Source: Octopus vulgaris (lineage: Eukaryota). From it: a stretch of DNA of 64,000 nt. The notes under the pieces were generated by a model that worked only from the letters and a program-made list of their open reading frames with translations, made no database searches and had not been told where the DNA came from. Positions 29,227 to 44,142 of this stretch are shown here, in pieces. The translations under genes and the position numbers were made by a program. The stretch spans positions 6,014,001 through 6,078,000 of the forward strand of contig OX597839.1 in the NCBI GenBank assembly GCA_951406725.2, read 5' to 3'. The stretch's first letter is position 1. Each line of letters begins with the position of its first letter.

Positions 29227-29820
29227 TGCTGAATACTATGTCTTAGGAGTAGGACCAAGATGTCAATAAAAAATATGCTGAATACTATGTCTTAGGAGTA
29301 GGACCAAGATGTCAATAAAAAATATGCTGAATACTATGTCTTAGGAGTAGGACCAAGATGTCAATAAAAAATATGCTGAATACTATGTCTTAGGAGTAGG
29401 ACCAAGATGTCAATAAAAAATATGCTGAATACTATGTCTTAGGAGTAGGACCAAGATGTCAATAAAAAATATGCTGAATACTATGTCTTAGGAGTAGGAC
29501 CAAGATGTCAATAAAAAATATGCTGAATACTATGTCTTAGGAGTAGGACCAAGATGTCAATAAAAAATATGCTGAATACTATGTCTTAGGAGTAGGACCA
29601 AGATGTCAATAAAAAATATGCTGAATACTGTGTCATTGGATGAAAAAACCGAAAGTGAAATATGTTGAAGGCTGTGTTTTAGGAGTAGGAACAAGCTGTC
29701 ACCAGAACATATGCTGAATACTGTGTCATTGGATTAAAAAACCGAAAGTAAAATATGCTGAATACTGTGTCATTGGATTAAAAAACCGGAAGTAAAATAT
29801 GCTGAATACTGTGTCATTGC
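29227..29820. repeat. 49-bp minisatellite, 8 perfect copies, followed by diverged related units
   Basis: gctgaatactatgtcttaggagtaggaccaagatgtcaataaaaaatat at 29228+49n; atgctgaatactgtgtcattg variants continue to 29820. Confidence 0.95.
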
Positions 29821-30524
29821 ATGAAGAACTGTCATTGAATATACTAAATTATTTGTGCCAAGTTGTAAAAGACTTTCATAAGTAGCAAAACAAACAACAA
29901 CAACAAAAAAAAAAAAGAAAAAAAAAAAAATAACCCACTGAACTGTGAAATTTTTTTTTCCAAATACCCTGAAGAATTTTGAAGAACGCAATTGGTTTGG
30001 ACAGTTGCTGAATCTTGTTTTGCAATGTCTTTATTTTAACAAGCCACCAGAGAAGAAGAAATAATAATAATAATAATAATAATAATGAACTAAAGCATCT
30101 GCTTTTCCTCTACGGTGCTTAACTGCAGCTAAAAGGATGTCCGGGGAGGGTGGAATAGGGGGAAGATATTTAGCAGATGTCATTGCCAGGAATTATTCAG
30201 TACCAATGTATCAAAAGATGGTCTTTGGTCTTCTTTGGAGAATGCTACAGCATTAATAAAAGTCTAAAAGAAAAGAGTGGCTTTGGCAATAAATCAGACA
30301 GACACAAGTACATCTGCATCTGTGTAGTGGCTTTTTTTTTTTTATATATATTTCGTTTTGTTTGTTGTTTTGTTTTTTTTTGGTGTTGTGTTTTTTTCTT
30401 CTTTTCTTTTTAATAATTTAGTCGGAAGAAAGAGAGGAACAGTTACAGTGACCTTTGTAGGTTCTCTCCTCTCCCTGCTCCTCCCCCCCTTTCAAGATGT
30501 TTTAAAAAGATGGCACCAATGCTG

Positions 30525-31188
30525 CGTGTGTATGTAAGTGCTCATGTGTGCACGCACGTGTGTGTGTGTCTGTGTGTGTGTGTGTGCATGTGTGTGTATG
30601 CATGTGTATGTAAGCACACGTGTGTGTATGTGTGTGTATGTAAGCACACGTGTGTGTGTGTATGCGTGTGTATGTAAGCACACGTGTGTGTGTGTGTATG
30701 TAAGTACATGTGTGTGTGTGTGTATGCATGTGTATGTAAGCACACGTGTGTGTGTGTGTGTGTGTGTATGCGTGTGTATGTAAGTGCACGTGAGTGTGTG
30801 TGTATGTGTGTGTATGTAAGCACACGTGTGTGTATGTAAGCACACGTGTGTGTGTGTATGCGTGTGTATGTAAGCACACGTGTGTGTGTGTGTATGTAAG
30901 CACACGTGTGTGTGTGTATGCATGTGTATGTAAGCACACGTGTGTGTGTGTGTGTGTGTATGCGTGTGTATGTAAGTGCACGTGAGTGTGTGTGTATGCG
31001 TGTGTATGTAAGCACACGTGTGTGTATGTGTGTGTATGTAAGCACACGTGTGTGTGTGTATGCATGTGTATGTAAGCACACGTGTGTGTGTGTGTGTGTG
31101 TGTGTATGCGTGTGTATGTAAGTGCACGTGTGTGTGTGTGTATGCGTGTGTATGTAAGCACACGTGTGTGTGTGTGTGTGTGCGTGTG
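30525..31188. repeat. (TG)n-based minisatellite with a recurring gtatgtaagcacacgtg unit
   Basis: Many copies of the unit with variable (TG)n. Confidence 0.9.
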
Positions 31189-31504
31189 CCTGTGCTCTTT
31201 AATGTTTTCTCTTTGAAATACCCCCACCCTGCCACCGACACCCCCCTCCACCGTGGTCCCATTAGTCCATTTAAGCATGTGCACAAACATACACATATGT
31301 TCAGATGCAGTCGAACGTCTTCCCTTTGAAACCATGTTTCCCATTAGTGCATGTGTACATGTGCACCTTCACATGCATGCATGCATGCATTTCAAACACC
31401 ATCACATGTTCAAACGTGCATTTCCATATTTCAGTAAAAATTAAATGTTTACAGAGAGACTGATGCATAACCTGGGTGGGTACTGGCAGGTCAATATTTG
31501 CAGC

Positions 31505-32130
31505 AGTGAGCTGACAGAATTGTTGGCACGACGGGCAAAATGCTTAGCGGCATTTCATCAGTCTTTACGTTCTGAGTTCAAATCCCACCAAAGCTGACTT
31601 TGCCTTTCAACCTTTCAGGGTCGATAAAATATGTTTCTTTATTACCCACGAAGGGTTAAACATAGAGGAGACAAACAAGGACAGACAAACGAATTAAAGT
31701 TGATTGCATCGATCCCCAGTGCGTAACTGGTACTTAATCTATTGACCCCGAAAGGATGAAAGGTAAAGTCGACCTCGGCGGAATTTGAACTCACAACGTA
31801 ACGGCAGATGAAATACCTATTTCTTTACTACCCACAAGGAGCTAAACATAGAGGGGCAAACAAGGACAGAAAAATGAATTAAAGTCGATTACATTGACCC
31901 CCAGTGCATAACTGGTACTTAATTTATCGACCCCGAAAGGATGAAAGGCAAAGTCGACCTCGGTGGAATTTGAACTCAGAACGTAACGACAGATGAAATA
32001 CGGCTATGCATTTTGCCCGGCGTGCTAACGGTTCTGCCAGCTCACCTCCTGTACCAGTTCTGCAATGAGGTCGATGTAATCGACTTACCCCGTCCCTCAA
32101 AATTGCTGGCCTTGTGCCAAAATTTGAAAT
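31505..32130. mobile_element. SINE B (+) interrupted by an antisense SINE B dimer (about 31633-32047)
   Basis: The host breaks after ggtcgataaaat and resumes at gtaccag (32051); the insert contains the gaaatacctatttc dimer junction at 31810-31823. Confidence 0.8.
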
Positions 32131-33218
32131 AAATATTTGCAGCAAGAAAACAGGATTCAAGTGGAATGCATTTTTTCAGGAACAATGATAATACCATGAC
32201 CCTTTGCAGGGCCTCCATAATGGAGACCCAAACTGACCTGACCCTACTAAAGTCACCAAAGGATGGGATATGTTGTTAGACGAAATGAATATGTTTGATG
32301 ATGTGGTTTTGTTTGAGGGCACAGGTCTGTTTGAAGATATTTGTTTGAAAGTATAGAGGGCTCTAAAAGTAATGATTTGTCTGATGGTATGGGTGTGTCT
32401 GATAGTATGGGTTTGATGGTGTGGATGTGTTTGATGGTGTGGATGTGTCTGATGGTGTGGATGTGTCTGATAGTATGGGTTTGATGGTGTGGATGTGTGT
32501 GATGGTATGGATTTGTCTGATGGCATGGGTTTGTCTGATGGTATGGGTTTCTTTGATGGTATGGGTTTCTCTGATGGTATGGGTTTGTCTGTTGGAGCAA
32601 ATGTTCAAGGGATTGATTGTTTCACATTTTTTTTTTTTGCTTCTTGCATGCCAGCAAAGAATTTGGTGGTATGCATTTGTCACGCGAGACTTGTATTTTT
32701 CAACCAGGGTCCATATGATTCTCAGGGTTCCATGAAATAGTTTTTGTTAATATTCATCTCCAATTTATTTTTTTTTACATTTCCTTATAATATTTTGTGA
32801 TGGCCTAGTGGTTAGGCTGTTGGACTCGTAATCGCTAGATTGTGGGTTCAATACCCTCATTGGGTGGCACATTCTGCTTTTAAGTAAAACAATTCACTTC
32901 ACATTACTCCAGTCCCCTTTTGATGGGAGAGGGGGGGAGGAGTTACTCGTCTAGCCAGCTGAGTGGCATCATTTGAAGGCTAAAACAATGCATAAGCGCA
33001 TTGTGACAAGCGGTGTGTAACAACATCTGATAGCATGGTTGGTCACTGCAAAAGCGCATTGTGACAAGTGGTGTGTAACAACATCTGATAGCATGGTTGG
33101 TCACGTGACCACACAAATAATAATACAATATAAGAATACAAAAGGACTTTTTTAAACATTGAAATGGTTATGAGGACCCATTTGAGTAAAAAGGGGATAA
33201 AAAATTGCAATTACAAAC

Positions 33219-33430
33219 CTGAAAACTGTACTTGGCATCCCGTTTAAGGCCTTTGAAGGTATAATTCTGGAATTCAGTCTTGATAGTGGATGCATTGTTA
33301 CGATTGTCACTGGGATAGTAGTTTACCTCATAGAGTTCAATCTTGCTATGAGGCTTCGTAGGATTGTCCCAGATGAGTATAATGTCAGGACCGATCTTTT
33401 CGGCGCGTAAATTACTGAGTTTGCCTGGAA
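33219..33430 (-). CDS. Eph: Eph receptor exon: second FN3 domain, N-terminal part
   Basis: (CT)n tract then ttcgaaag|, donor CAG|gtttgt; 212 nt, phase 1 in, phase 0 out. Translates VPGKLSNLRAEKIGPDIILIWDNPTKPHSKIELYEVNYYPSDNRNNASTIKTEFQNYTFKGLKRDAKYSFQ, with the FN3 W, YEVxY and GL..xxYxFQ hallmarks. Confidence 0.93.
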
Positions 33431-34675
33431 CTTTCGAAGAGAGAGAGAGGGAGAAAAAAAAAGAGAAAAATATTAAGATACAGAAAAACTAGAATATGGT
33501 TTAACATTTTCACATTTAAACTGAGTATATTTGGCCCAAAATATTCTGTCTGGTTTATGTTCAAGTCAACCTGGTCTGGCCTCTTTCACCTACTTAACAA
33601 TGTCGTAGTTAAATATAAATAATCACATCATTAGAATCTCAAAGCTACAAGATAAATGCATGGTTAATTCAAAACCATGTGAATCATCATCATCATTTAA
33701 CGTCCGCTTTCCATGCTAGCATGGGTTGGACGATTTTGACTGAGGGCTGGCGAACCAGACTCCAATCTGATCAGGCAGAGTTTCTACAACTGGATGCCCT
33801 TCCTAACACCAACCACTCCGAAAGTGTAGCAGGTGCTTTTACGTGCCACTGGCATGAGGGCCAGTTTAGTGGTACTGTCAACGGCCACGCCCAAATGGTG
33901 CTTTTTACATGCCACCTGCACAGGAGCCAGTCCAGCGGCACTGGCGATGACCTCGCTCGAATATTTCACATGCCACCAGCACAAGTGTTAGTACGGCGAC
34001 GTGGTAACGATCACGCTTGAATGGTGTGCTTAACGTGCCATCGGCATGAAGGCCAGCTTGTTGCTCTGGCAATGATCAATAATAATAATAATAACAACAA
34101 CAAGAGCACTCAGAAAGCACAAACTTTCATCAGGGCAACATCAATGTCCTCTCAATGATGAGCCAAAGATGATTTTTGCAATGTGAATATCTGAAACAAA
34201 CTCGATTGCTCTCACAAATGAGAATACTAAAAATGAACCCAACTGCTCTCAAAAATTAAGTAAAGGCACAGGAAAAATAATGCAGAATCCTTGTCCAGTA
34301 CCAGATCTCAAAATCGAATCAGTTTCTGCCAGTCACGAGACCAAACATCCCTGAAAGTTTTAATTGAATCCATCCAGCGGTTCTTGAGACATCTTGTCCA
34401 CAGACAAACAAACACGACCCCCGCCTTCACTAAGGTGGATGTAATAATAATAATAATCTTTTCTATTCTAGGCACAAGGACTAAATTTTTTTTTTGTTGG
34501 GTGGTTAGTCGACTAGATCAAACCCAGTATGCAACTGGTACTTAATTTATCAACCCCGAAAGAATGAAAGGCAAAATCGACCTTGATGGAATTTGAACTC
34601 AGAACATACAGACGGATGAAATACTGCTAAGCATTTCACCCAGCATGCTAACAATAATAATGTTGACAACAACTA

Positions 34676-35082
34676 TACTCTTTTACTTGTTTCAGTCATT
34701 TGACTGCGGCCATACTGGAGCACCGCCTTTAAACGAGCAACTCGACCCCGGGACTTATTCTTTGTAAGCCCAGTACTTATTCTATCGGTCTCTTTTGCTG
34801 AACTGCTAAGTGACGGGGACATAAACACACCAGCATCGGTTGTCAAGCAATGCTAGGGGGACAAACACAGACACACAAACATATACACACACATACATAT
34901 ATATATATATACATATATATGACAGGCTTCTTTCAGTTTCCGTCTACCAAATCCACTCACAAGGCTTTGGTCGGCCCGAGGCTATAGTAGAAGACACTCG
35001 CCCAAGGTGGCACGCAGTGGGACTGAACCTGGAACCATGTGGTTGGTAAGCAAGCTACTTACCACACAGCCACTCCTGCGCC
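34676..35082 (-). mobile_element. SINE family A, full length
   Basis: Near-identical to the 12025-12432 copy. Confidence 0.85.
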
Positions 35083-35989
35083 TATGTTATTATTAAAAAG
35101 ATATTTAAATTAAAAGGCGAAAAAAAAAAAATTATAACTGAATAATACACGACATGTTTTTGTAAAAAGGGTTTGATTTAGCAAAATATTTCAGGTAAAG
35201 CAGGTTTCTGTGTATCTGAAATGCGCACGCGTTATGTGTGTACGTGCATATTTGTGCATGCCTGTGCACATGATTAAATGGATGAGCGGGACAGGGAGTT
35301 CAAAGAGAAAACATTTAAAATGTACACACACACACACATATACACGCAGTGCTGGTGTCATCTTTAAAACATCTTGAAGAGTATGGGGGGTGGGTTGCGG
35401 TGCAGTGGGGTGGTGTGGAAGAAAGAAAATAAAAACAACAAAATTTCGTTTCCGTAAACATTTAATTTTTATTGAAATATGGGAATGCATGTTTAGACAT
35501 GTGATGGCGTTCGAATGCAATTCCATGTAACGCCGCGCATATATGCGCATGTGCTACACATGACACACACACAAGCACATAGCCATCAACCTTGAACCGA
35601 AAGTATGGATATGTGTGCCGTTAAGGTGCATGCACATGAAGAGTGCATATATATATATATGCATATGTGAACACAAATGCGCACATACATCCACACTGAA
35701 ACAAAGATGGTTGTGTGCAGCCTTTCCTATGTATGTTAGGGTGCAGGCAGATATATGCATGTGTGAGTGTATATGTGCACACGCATAATAAATCTACTCT
35801 CTGAGTCAAATGTATGAATGTATGCACGTGCTAATGTTCGTAAGTTCATATGCAAAAGTGCATACATAAACATACATGTCTTCGAATGGATGTGTGTGTA
35901 TGTATATGTGTGTGTATGTGCCTATTCAAGTTAGCATATGAATACCTGCACACACACACACACAGCACACACACACACACATGCACACA

Positions 35990-36118
35990 CAGAGTCAGGT
36001 TTTGCGCGTAAAAAGTCAAGAATTGTTGTAAATATGTGCGCAAACATGAATGTGTGTGTAAGTGAGTGAGTGTCTGCGTGTGTTTGTGTGGCCTTCACCT
36101 CTGAAAGAAAGCAACGAT

Positions 36119-36155
<37 letters not shown>

Positions 36156-36301
36156 CGTACACACACTAAGTCACAACTCTGACTTAAAATGCCAGAATTG
36201 GTGCAAATATGTGTGCAAATATATGTGCAAACGTATGTACGCACGGGTGTGTCTGATTATGTAAATGTGTCTGTGTGGCCTCCACCTCTGAAAGCATCGA
36301 T

Positions 36302-36334
<33 letters not shown>

Positions 36335-36466
36335 CACATCTCTCTGACTTAAAATGCCAGAATTGGTGCAAATATGTGTGCGAATATATGTGCAAACGTA
36401 TGTACGCATGGGTGTGTGTGATTATGTGGATATGTTTGTGTGACCTCCACCTCTGAAAGCATCGAT

Positions 36467-36500
<34 letters not shown>
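35990..36500. repeat. Tandem ~170-185-bp repeat (3 copies) ending in (CA)n
   Basis: gaattggtgcaaatatgtgtgc...ccacctctgaaagcatcgatgca repeats. Confidence 0.8.
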
Positions 36501-36502
<2 letters not shown>

Positions 36503-38189
36503 CCCCCACCCCCAATGATAAAAGCTGGATTATACAGATCCGCACATTGGTCATATTAACGAACAAGTCTGTGTTAAGTGTGTATTAAGAGATCTGCATA
36601 TGCATGCGCACATGTGCATCTTTGTGCTTATCTTCTTGATGTGCATGCGAGCAATATGCACATGTCAAAAGTGTGTGTCTTTGAAGGGTGGGGTGTACCC
36701 ATGTCAGTGGGAATATGCAATGGGGTACATGCATTAGAGGAGGGCGGGTGGAAGGGTGGATTGTAAAAAAAAAGCAATCTGTAACTCTCTGCATCGATGT
36801 ATTTTGCTGTGTATGCATATGCACGTTCGTGTTGCATGGCCACATGAATATGCACGTGTGTGTGTGCATGTGTGTCGTATGTTCTAATGCATGCATTTGT
36901 ACATGTATACGTGTGCTTATGGGATGTTTATGTGCAGCTATGCCCATCCATGCTTGCTCACCGTATTTTGGCCATATTTTAACATCTGTGTGTGTATGTG
37001 ACTCTGTGTGTGTGTGTGTGTGTGTGTGCATGTGTGTATGTGTGTTTGTGCGTATGTGTGTGTGTGTGTGTGTTTTTGTGTGTGTGTGTGCGTGTGTGTT
37101 TGTGCGTGTGCGTGTGTGTAGGACATATTTTAACATCCATGTGTGTATGTGATTGTGTGTGCGTGTGTATGTGACTGTGTGTGCGTGTGTATGTGACTGT
37201 GTGTGCGTGCGTGTGTATGTGTGTGTGCGTGTGTGTGTGTTTGTGTGTGTGTGTGATTGAATATTCTGTATTCAAGTATCAAAGTGATTAAATGCTAGTG
37301 TATGTATGTATGTGTGTGTGTGTGTGGATGGGGGAATGAGGGTGTATACATGAGAGGGAGTGGAGGGCAGTACATGAGGAAATATGGAGTGAGGGGATTG
37401 TATGAGGGTGGATGGGTGGGTGAGAGAAGACCTACATGTGAGTGTGCACGTGTGTGTGAGTGTGTGTGGGAGATGGGAAAAGTGAGGGTAAGTAAATGAG
37501 AAGGCAAAGAGCGAGAGAGTGAATGAAAGAGGGGAAAAAGAGAGTGAGTGTAGGTGTTTCAGCAAGAGAGAGAGAGAGGGGGAAAGAGAGTGTGAGTGAG
37601 AGTGTGACTGTGGCCATCACTTTGAGAGCGAGTGAGAGTGAGTGAAAAAAGTGAGTGGATGTTTGTGTGGGATTGTGTGAAAGAGAGAGAAGGAAAAACA
37701 GAGTGAGGGAGAGAGAGAAGGTGAATGAAAGAAGGAATCGGAGTGAAAGAAAGAATGAGATCGCGCATGCGTCTGTGTGCATGTGTGTGTATGTGTGTGT
37801 GTGGATGTTTGTATGCATGTGTGTGTATGTGTGTGTGTGTGCATGTTTGTGTGCATGTGTGTGTATGTGTGTGTGTGTATGCATGTTTGTGTATGTGTGT
37901 GTGTGTGTGTGTGTGCATGTTTGTGTGTATATGTGTGTATGCATGTTTGTGTATGTGTGTGTATGTGTGTGCATGTTTGTGTATGTATGTGTGTGTGCAT
38001 GTTTGTGTATGTGCATGTGTGTGTATGTGTGTGTGTGTGTGTGCATGTTGTGTATGTGTGTGTGTGTGCATGTATGTGTATATGTGTGCATGTTTGTGTG
38101 TATGTGTGTGTGTGTGTGTGTGAGAGGGAGAGAGAGAATGAGAGTGACTTAAAGAGGGTGTCAGAAAGGGAGTGAAAGAGAGAGAGAGA

Positions 38190-38220
<31 letters not shown>

Positions 38221-38686
38221 GGGGGGTAGCGATAGAATGGGTGTGTGAGGTGTGTGTAATTGGGATGTTTTTAATTACAGCTACAGCAATGCAGTGCGAT
38301 ACAATTTGAAGAATTCAGCCATGACACTCTGCAGACAGCAAAGAATGGAAAAGGATGAAGGGTGGGGGGGGGGAGAGAAGGTAAAGTGGGGGGGTGAAGA
38401 GAGAGAGGGGGGCAGGGAGCGTGGGGGGAGGTAGGGGCGAAGTGTTGGTATCAGTCAGTCAGGGGGATAAATCTTACATAAATGGGAAGTGGCAGTTTGA
38501 ATGTAGTTTATTGAACAAATTATATAAAGTATAGTAGAATGGTGGGCATGGGTGGAGAGACGGTGAGTGTGGGTAGTTTGGTTTTGAGAGAGAAAAAGAG
38601 GGGGAGGCAAAAGAAGGGAGAAATGGCGAGAGAGAGAGAGAGAGAGAGGAGGCAAGAGATGAGGAGAGAAGGAAAGAGACATGATG

Positions 38687-39108
38687 ACCTATTTCTTTAC
38701 TACCCACAAGGTGCTAAACAAAGAGAGGACGAACAAGGACAGGCAAACGGATTAAGTCGATTATATCGACCCCAGTGCATAACTGGTACTTATTTAATCG
38801 ACCGACCCCAAAAGGATGAAAGGCAAAGTCGACCTAAGTGGAATTTGAACTCACAAAGTAACGGCAGACGAAATACCTATTTCTTTACTACCCACAAGGG
38901 GCTAAACAGAGAGAGGACAAACAAGGACAGACGAATGGATTAAGTCGATTACATCGACCCCATTGCATAACTCGTACTTATTTAATCGACCCTGAAAGGA
39001 TAAAAGGCAAAGTCGACCTTGGCGGAATTTGAACTCAGAACGTAACGGCAGATGAGATACGGCTATGCATTTTGCCCGGCGTGCTAGCGATTCTGCCAGC
39101 TCACCGAC
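38687..39108 (-). mobile_element. SINE B dimer
   Basis: Head ttctgccagctcacc at about 39100; junction gaaatacctatttc at 38870-38883. Confidence 0.8.
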
Positions 39109-39717
39109 TTAATGATGACCATAAAGACAAAAGTTTTGTGTATATTTGTGTGCGTGTGTTTGAAGGCACATAGCTGAGAAGCTGAGGTTTCCCCACTCAT
39201 GATTGCTGGATCATCGCTTGATTCCCTGACTGAGCAATGCATTGAATTCTGGAGTACAACACTTCATTTCGTTTCCCCAGTCCACTCAGCTGTAATTGGG
39301 TCACACTGTGATAGACAAACTTTCCAATCCAGGGAAAATGTTGGCCTGCCCACATAGCCCATAGGTTAGCATCATTTGACACCTAAAACAATGCAAAGTG
39401 CACTGTGACCAGTGATATATAACAACATCTGACAGCCTGATTGATCACGATTACATGATATATATATATAGGTGCAGGAGTGGCTGTGTGCTAAGTACCT
39501 TGCATACCAACCACACGGTTCTGGTTTCAGTCCCACTGTGTGGTACCTTGGGCGAGTATCTTGTGAGTGGATTTGGTAGATGAAAGAGGCCTCTTGTGTA
39601 TGTATATATATGTGTGTGTGTATATATATATATATATACACATATATATATATCTATATACATATATATATCTATATACATATATACATATATATACATA
39701 TATATATATCTATATAC

Positions 39718-39751
<34 letters not shown>

Positions 39752-39863
39752 GTATAAATATATATATATATATATATCTATATATATCATATATATATGT
39801 ATATATATATATAAATATATATATAAAATACAAAATATATGTATATATATATATGCATGTGTG

Positions 39864-39896
<33 letters not shown>

Positions 39897-40046
39897 ATAT
39901 ATATATATGTATAAATATATATATGTATATATATAGTTACACACACACACATACAAAGTATGAATATACATATTAACATACATATTTACACAGGGAAATT
40001 ACATGCATATGTAGACACATCCTAACTATATTTCCTTTATTTTTGT

Positions 40047-40101
<55 letters not shown>

Positions 40102-40688
40102 CACGCACGCATACACACACACACAAGCAGTTGTGTTTTGTATGTGCACAATTATGAAGACATCATCATCTTGAGACATCCAAACTCTGGCTGATGCTAA
40201 GCTTGTCTTCAGGGCAAAAAAATAACAAAAAACATTAAAAAAAAAAACTAATAATAAATAAATAAATAAATAAATAAATAAATTCACAGGTTAGGGAACT
40301 TACAAGATTCTTATAGTCTTGTGGGGTGTGTGTGTGGAAGAAAGAATGCTAAATGCAGGGGGTGCAGGAGTGTTGGAGATGGCGGTGGTGAGATGGTGGA
40401 ATAATATGCAGAAAAATGCAACAAAAAAAAAATAAAGATAAACAAGGGATGGATATAGGGGGTGCCCAGAAAGGGTGAGGAACGGTTGAAGCTGGAGTGG
40501 AACCAGAAGAACCGAACGAAGATGTATGAAATTCAAAGAACTGTAAGTAATTAGTCCTGCTATGCTGAAAATTTTTGTTAGAAGTTTACAAAATGTCTTT
40601 ATTTTTCTTGACGGACAACAGGGCGTGGTGTTGGAGCAACCATCCTTGTTTATTTGTTGTTGTTGTTGTTGCTATTGCTGTTGTTTTA

Positions 40689-40985
40689 GGCGTAGTAGTG
40701 GCTGTGTGGTAAGTAGCTTGCTTACCAACCACATGGTTCCGGGTTCAGTCCCACTGCGTGGCACCTTGGTGGGCAAGTGTCTTCTACTATAGTCTCGAGC
40801 CGACCAAAGCCTTGTGAGAGGATTTGGTAGACAGAAACTGAAAGAAGCCTGCAGTATATATGTATATATTTATATATGTGTGTGTGTGTGTGTGTATGTT
40901 TGTGTGTCTGTGTTTGTCCCTCTAGCATTGCTTGACAACCGATGCTGGTGTGTTTACGTCGCCGTCACTTAGCGGTTCAGCAAAA
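40689..40985 (+). mobile_element. SINE family A, 3'-truncated and abutting family D
   Basis: Full head and body up to ttagcggttcagcaaaa. Other partial A copies at about 17850-17977(+), 22212-22376(-), 27727-27881(-), 39471-39592(+), 44987-45142(+) and 46495-46604(-). Confidence 0.8.
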
Positions 40986-41680
40986 AAGATGGGCTACAGC
41001 AAATATTCTGCTCAATACCACAGATTTGCTTGTCGGTTGTTCGACCTTAACCAGTTGAGCATGTCCCTTGGTTGCTGACGATATGTGCATCTCTGATCAC
41101 GAGCAGAAGTAGTGGGGGAGCATCATAGCCATGTGTCGAAAAGGATTCTTTAGGGTTTGAATAATTCACCTTTTGAAACATGGATGTTTTGTTCATCTTC
41201 CTTAAACAAACCTTATTTAGCCCTTTAGTGTTCGCATTATTCTGCCAAAATTAATCCTTTTTTATCCACATTGTTTTGAACTAATCATGCATTATCTTGT
41301 AGCTATGAGATTTTGATGAGGTAGTTGTTGATTTTTAAAATGATATTGCAGGGTTGGTGTGAGAGACCAGATCTGGCCAGTTTGAACATAAAACAAGCAG
41401 AATACTTTTGGCCGGATATGGCCGGTTTAAATGCTAAAGGGTTAGGGACCTTTTGCGTGGGATGGACTACTCTTTCTGAAGAAAATTCTCACTAGGCCCC
41501 CACCTGCAAGGTCATGCACTATTTATCTTGATACGAGATTACCATGAAGCACACATATGATTGTGATGCATGTGCCAGGTGTACCCTTATCAGACGGGTA
41601 GTCATGATGGGTATATTAGGCTTGGTATATTTGTATACCAGTGTCACTTTGATGGCAGGCATTGTTCTCTCTCTCTCTCT
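40985..41680 (-). mobile_element. Family D copy interrupted by a TTAA-type MITE (41217-41444)
   Basis: aaagatgggctacagcaaatattctg...acaaaccttatt[MITE]gggaccttttg...gtgtcactttgatggca. Confidence 0.75.
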
Positions 41681-42365
41681 TAATAATGATAATAAGCAGT
41701 TCCATAAAAACATTAATGGCTCTTTGTTTTAGCAATGTTATAATATAGACAAAGGAAAACGTATACCTATGTTACAGGTGAAATATTTACCAGGTGAGAA
41801 AAGAGAAAAAAGCAGAGGATGATGATAACAACAAATTTTAGCATGTGTCATTGTGGTTGTGGTAGTTAAAAGGGCATCAGAGAAGGAGGGGGATGTCAAT
41901 TTTTGGGGATTTTTTTTTTTTGGAAACAGATAACTAAAAGAAAACAGTACTAACAAAATAAGATAAAAAAAAGAAATATCCAAATAACAAACGGCAAACA
42001 CAGACAACTGTCATTACCAGCACCATTATCGTTATCTTCAAGAAGAAGACATTTTTTCAAGTAAGTAGTAAAAAAATAAGCTTTAAAGTCACTTTTTTAA
42101 TCATTTGTAATATTAGTAACTCACTCAACATCTGATTCATGTTACGAAAGCATCTTTTAATTCTTCTGTAACCATCCAACTAACCTGCCAGCGTGTAAAC
42201 GAAACAAACCAACGAACGAAGCTAGCCAGCTAACTAGCGAAGCGGAGCAAGTTTATCTTTTTTTTGGTTTAAAATATATTTTGTATCTATATGTGTCTAT
42301 CATTTTCTTCACTTCTCACTTTCTTTTCCATTGCTTTATATTACATGTGTTATTATTAGTATTAC

Positions 42366-42402
<37 letters not shown>

Positions 42403-42518
42403 GAGCTTTTGTTGTTGTTTCTTAGTTAATTTTTACACGTATCTTTTTATGCTAATGTTTTAAGAGGAAGAATATAAAAAACATGATGTAATGTAAGCCT
42501 TTATATGTGTGCGTTCAC

Positions 42519-42549
<31 letters not shown>

Positions 42550-42562
42550 TACATATATACAT

Positions 42563-42593
<31 letters not shown>

Positions 42594-42705
42594 CACATAT
42601 ATACATATACATACATATATATATATGAATATATATATATACATATATACACATATATATACACACATATATACATATACATATATATACTTACATACAT
42701 ATATG

Positions 42706-42744
<39 letters not shown>

Positions 42745-42823
42745 TTACACACATATTCACATGAATAGTTAAGTGTATTACAAAAAAATAGTATATATAT
42801 ATATACATGAATGTATGTGTGTG

Positions 42824-42868
<45 letters not shown>

Positions 42869-43243
42869 CGTACACACACGCACATACTATCTCTTTCTAA
42901 TATACTTATGTATCTCTGCGTGAATGTGTGTGTGTGTATATAATATATCAGTTCATGTAAATTATATCAAACTTATCGCTGTGTGTGTGTGTGTACATGC
43001 ATATAAGTATACACACACACACACACACAGTGATTTATAGTGATACACACAGCCATAAGTTTCATATAATTTACAAAAATTTCTTGCCTACTTCTATCCT
43101 CTTTTATGCTTGAAATCCCCAATAAGTGAAATGTAAAAGTACCCAAGTCACTATGATTACTGGATTTCTTTGAAAGATTAACAACAGTGTGGATATACAT
43201 ATACATCATATATATATATATATGTGTATATATATATATATAC

Positions 43244-43319
<76 letters not shown>

Positions 43320-43474
43320 ATACATATATATATATAGATACATATATATATATAGATAGATACATATATATATATATACACACACACATATATATATATA
43401 TACATACATACACACATATATATATAGAGAGATATATATATACACATATATATACACACACACATATATATATA

Positions 43475-43563
<89 letters not shown>

Positions 43564-43892
43564 TATATATATATATACACACACATACATACAAAGAGAG
43601 AGAGAATGAGGCAGTACACCGAATACAAGAATTAAAGGAAAAAGGAAAAGAGACTATCTTGAAGCTTATGAAAATTTAATCATTGCCAGACTCAGGATGG
43701 CGGGGGGGGAAAGAGTAGGAGGGGGAAAGAGAGAAAGAAACAGATTGACTAAGACAGAGGCTATTTGTGATAGAGAGAGAGAGAGGAAGAGAAGTACCTA
43801 TGTAGAGAGAGATGGGTAGACCACGAGAGAGGGACACACACCATCTGTCAATCTACTACCTATGCGTCTGTCTCTCTTTATATATATGTATG

Positions 43893-43923
<31 letters not shown>

Positions 43924-43950
43924 TTATATATATGCATGTACATAAATATG

Positions 43951-44007
<57 letters not shown>

Positions 44008-44081
44008 GTGTCTGTGTGTGTATATATATATATATATATATGTGTGTGTATGTGTATATATATATATACACACACACACAG

Positions 44082-44142
<61 letters not shown>

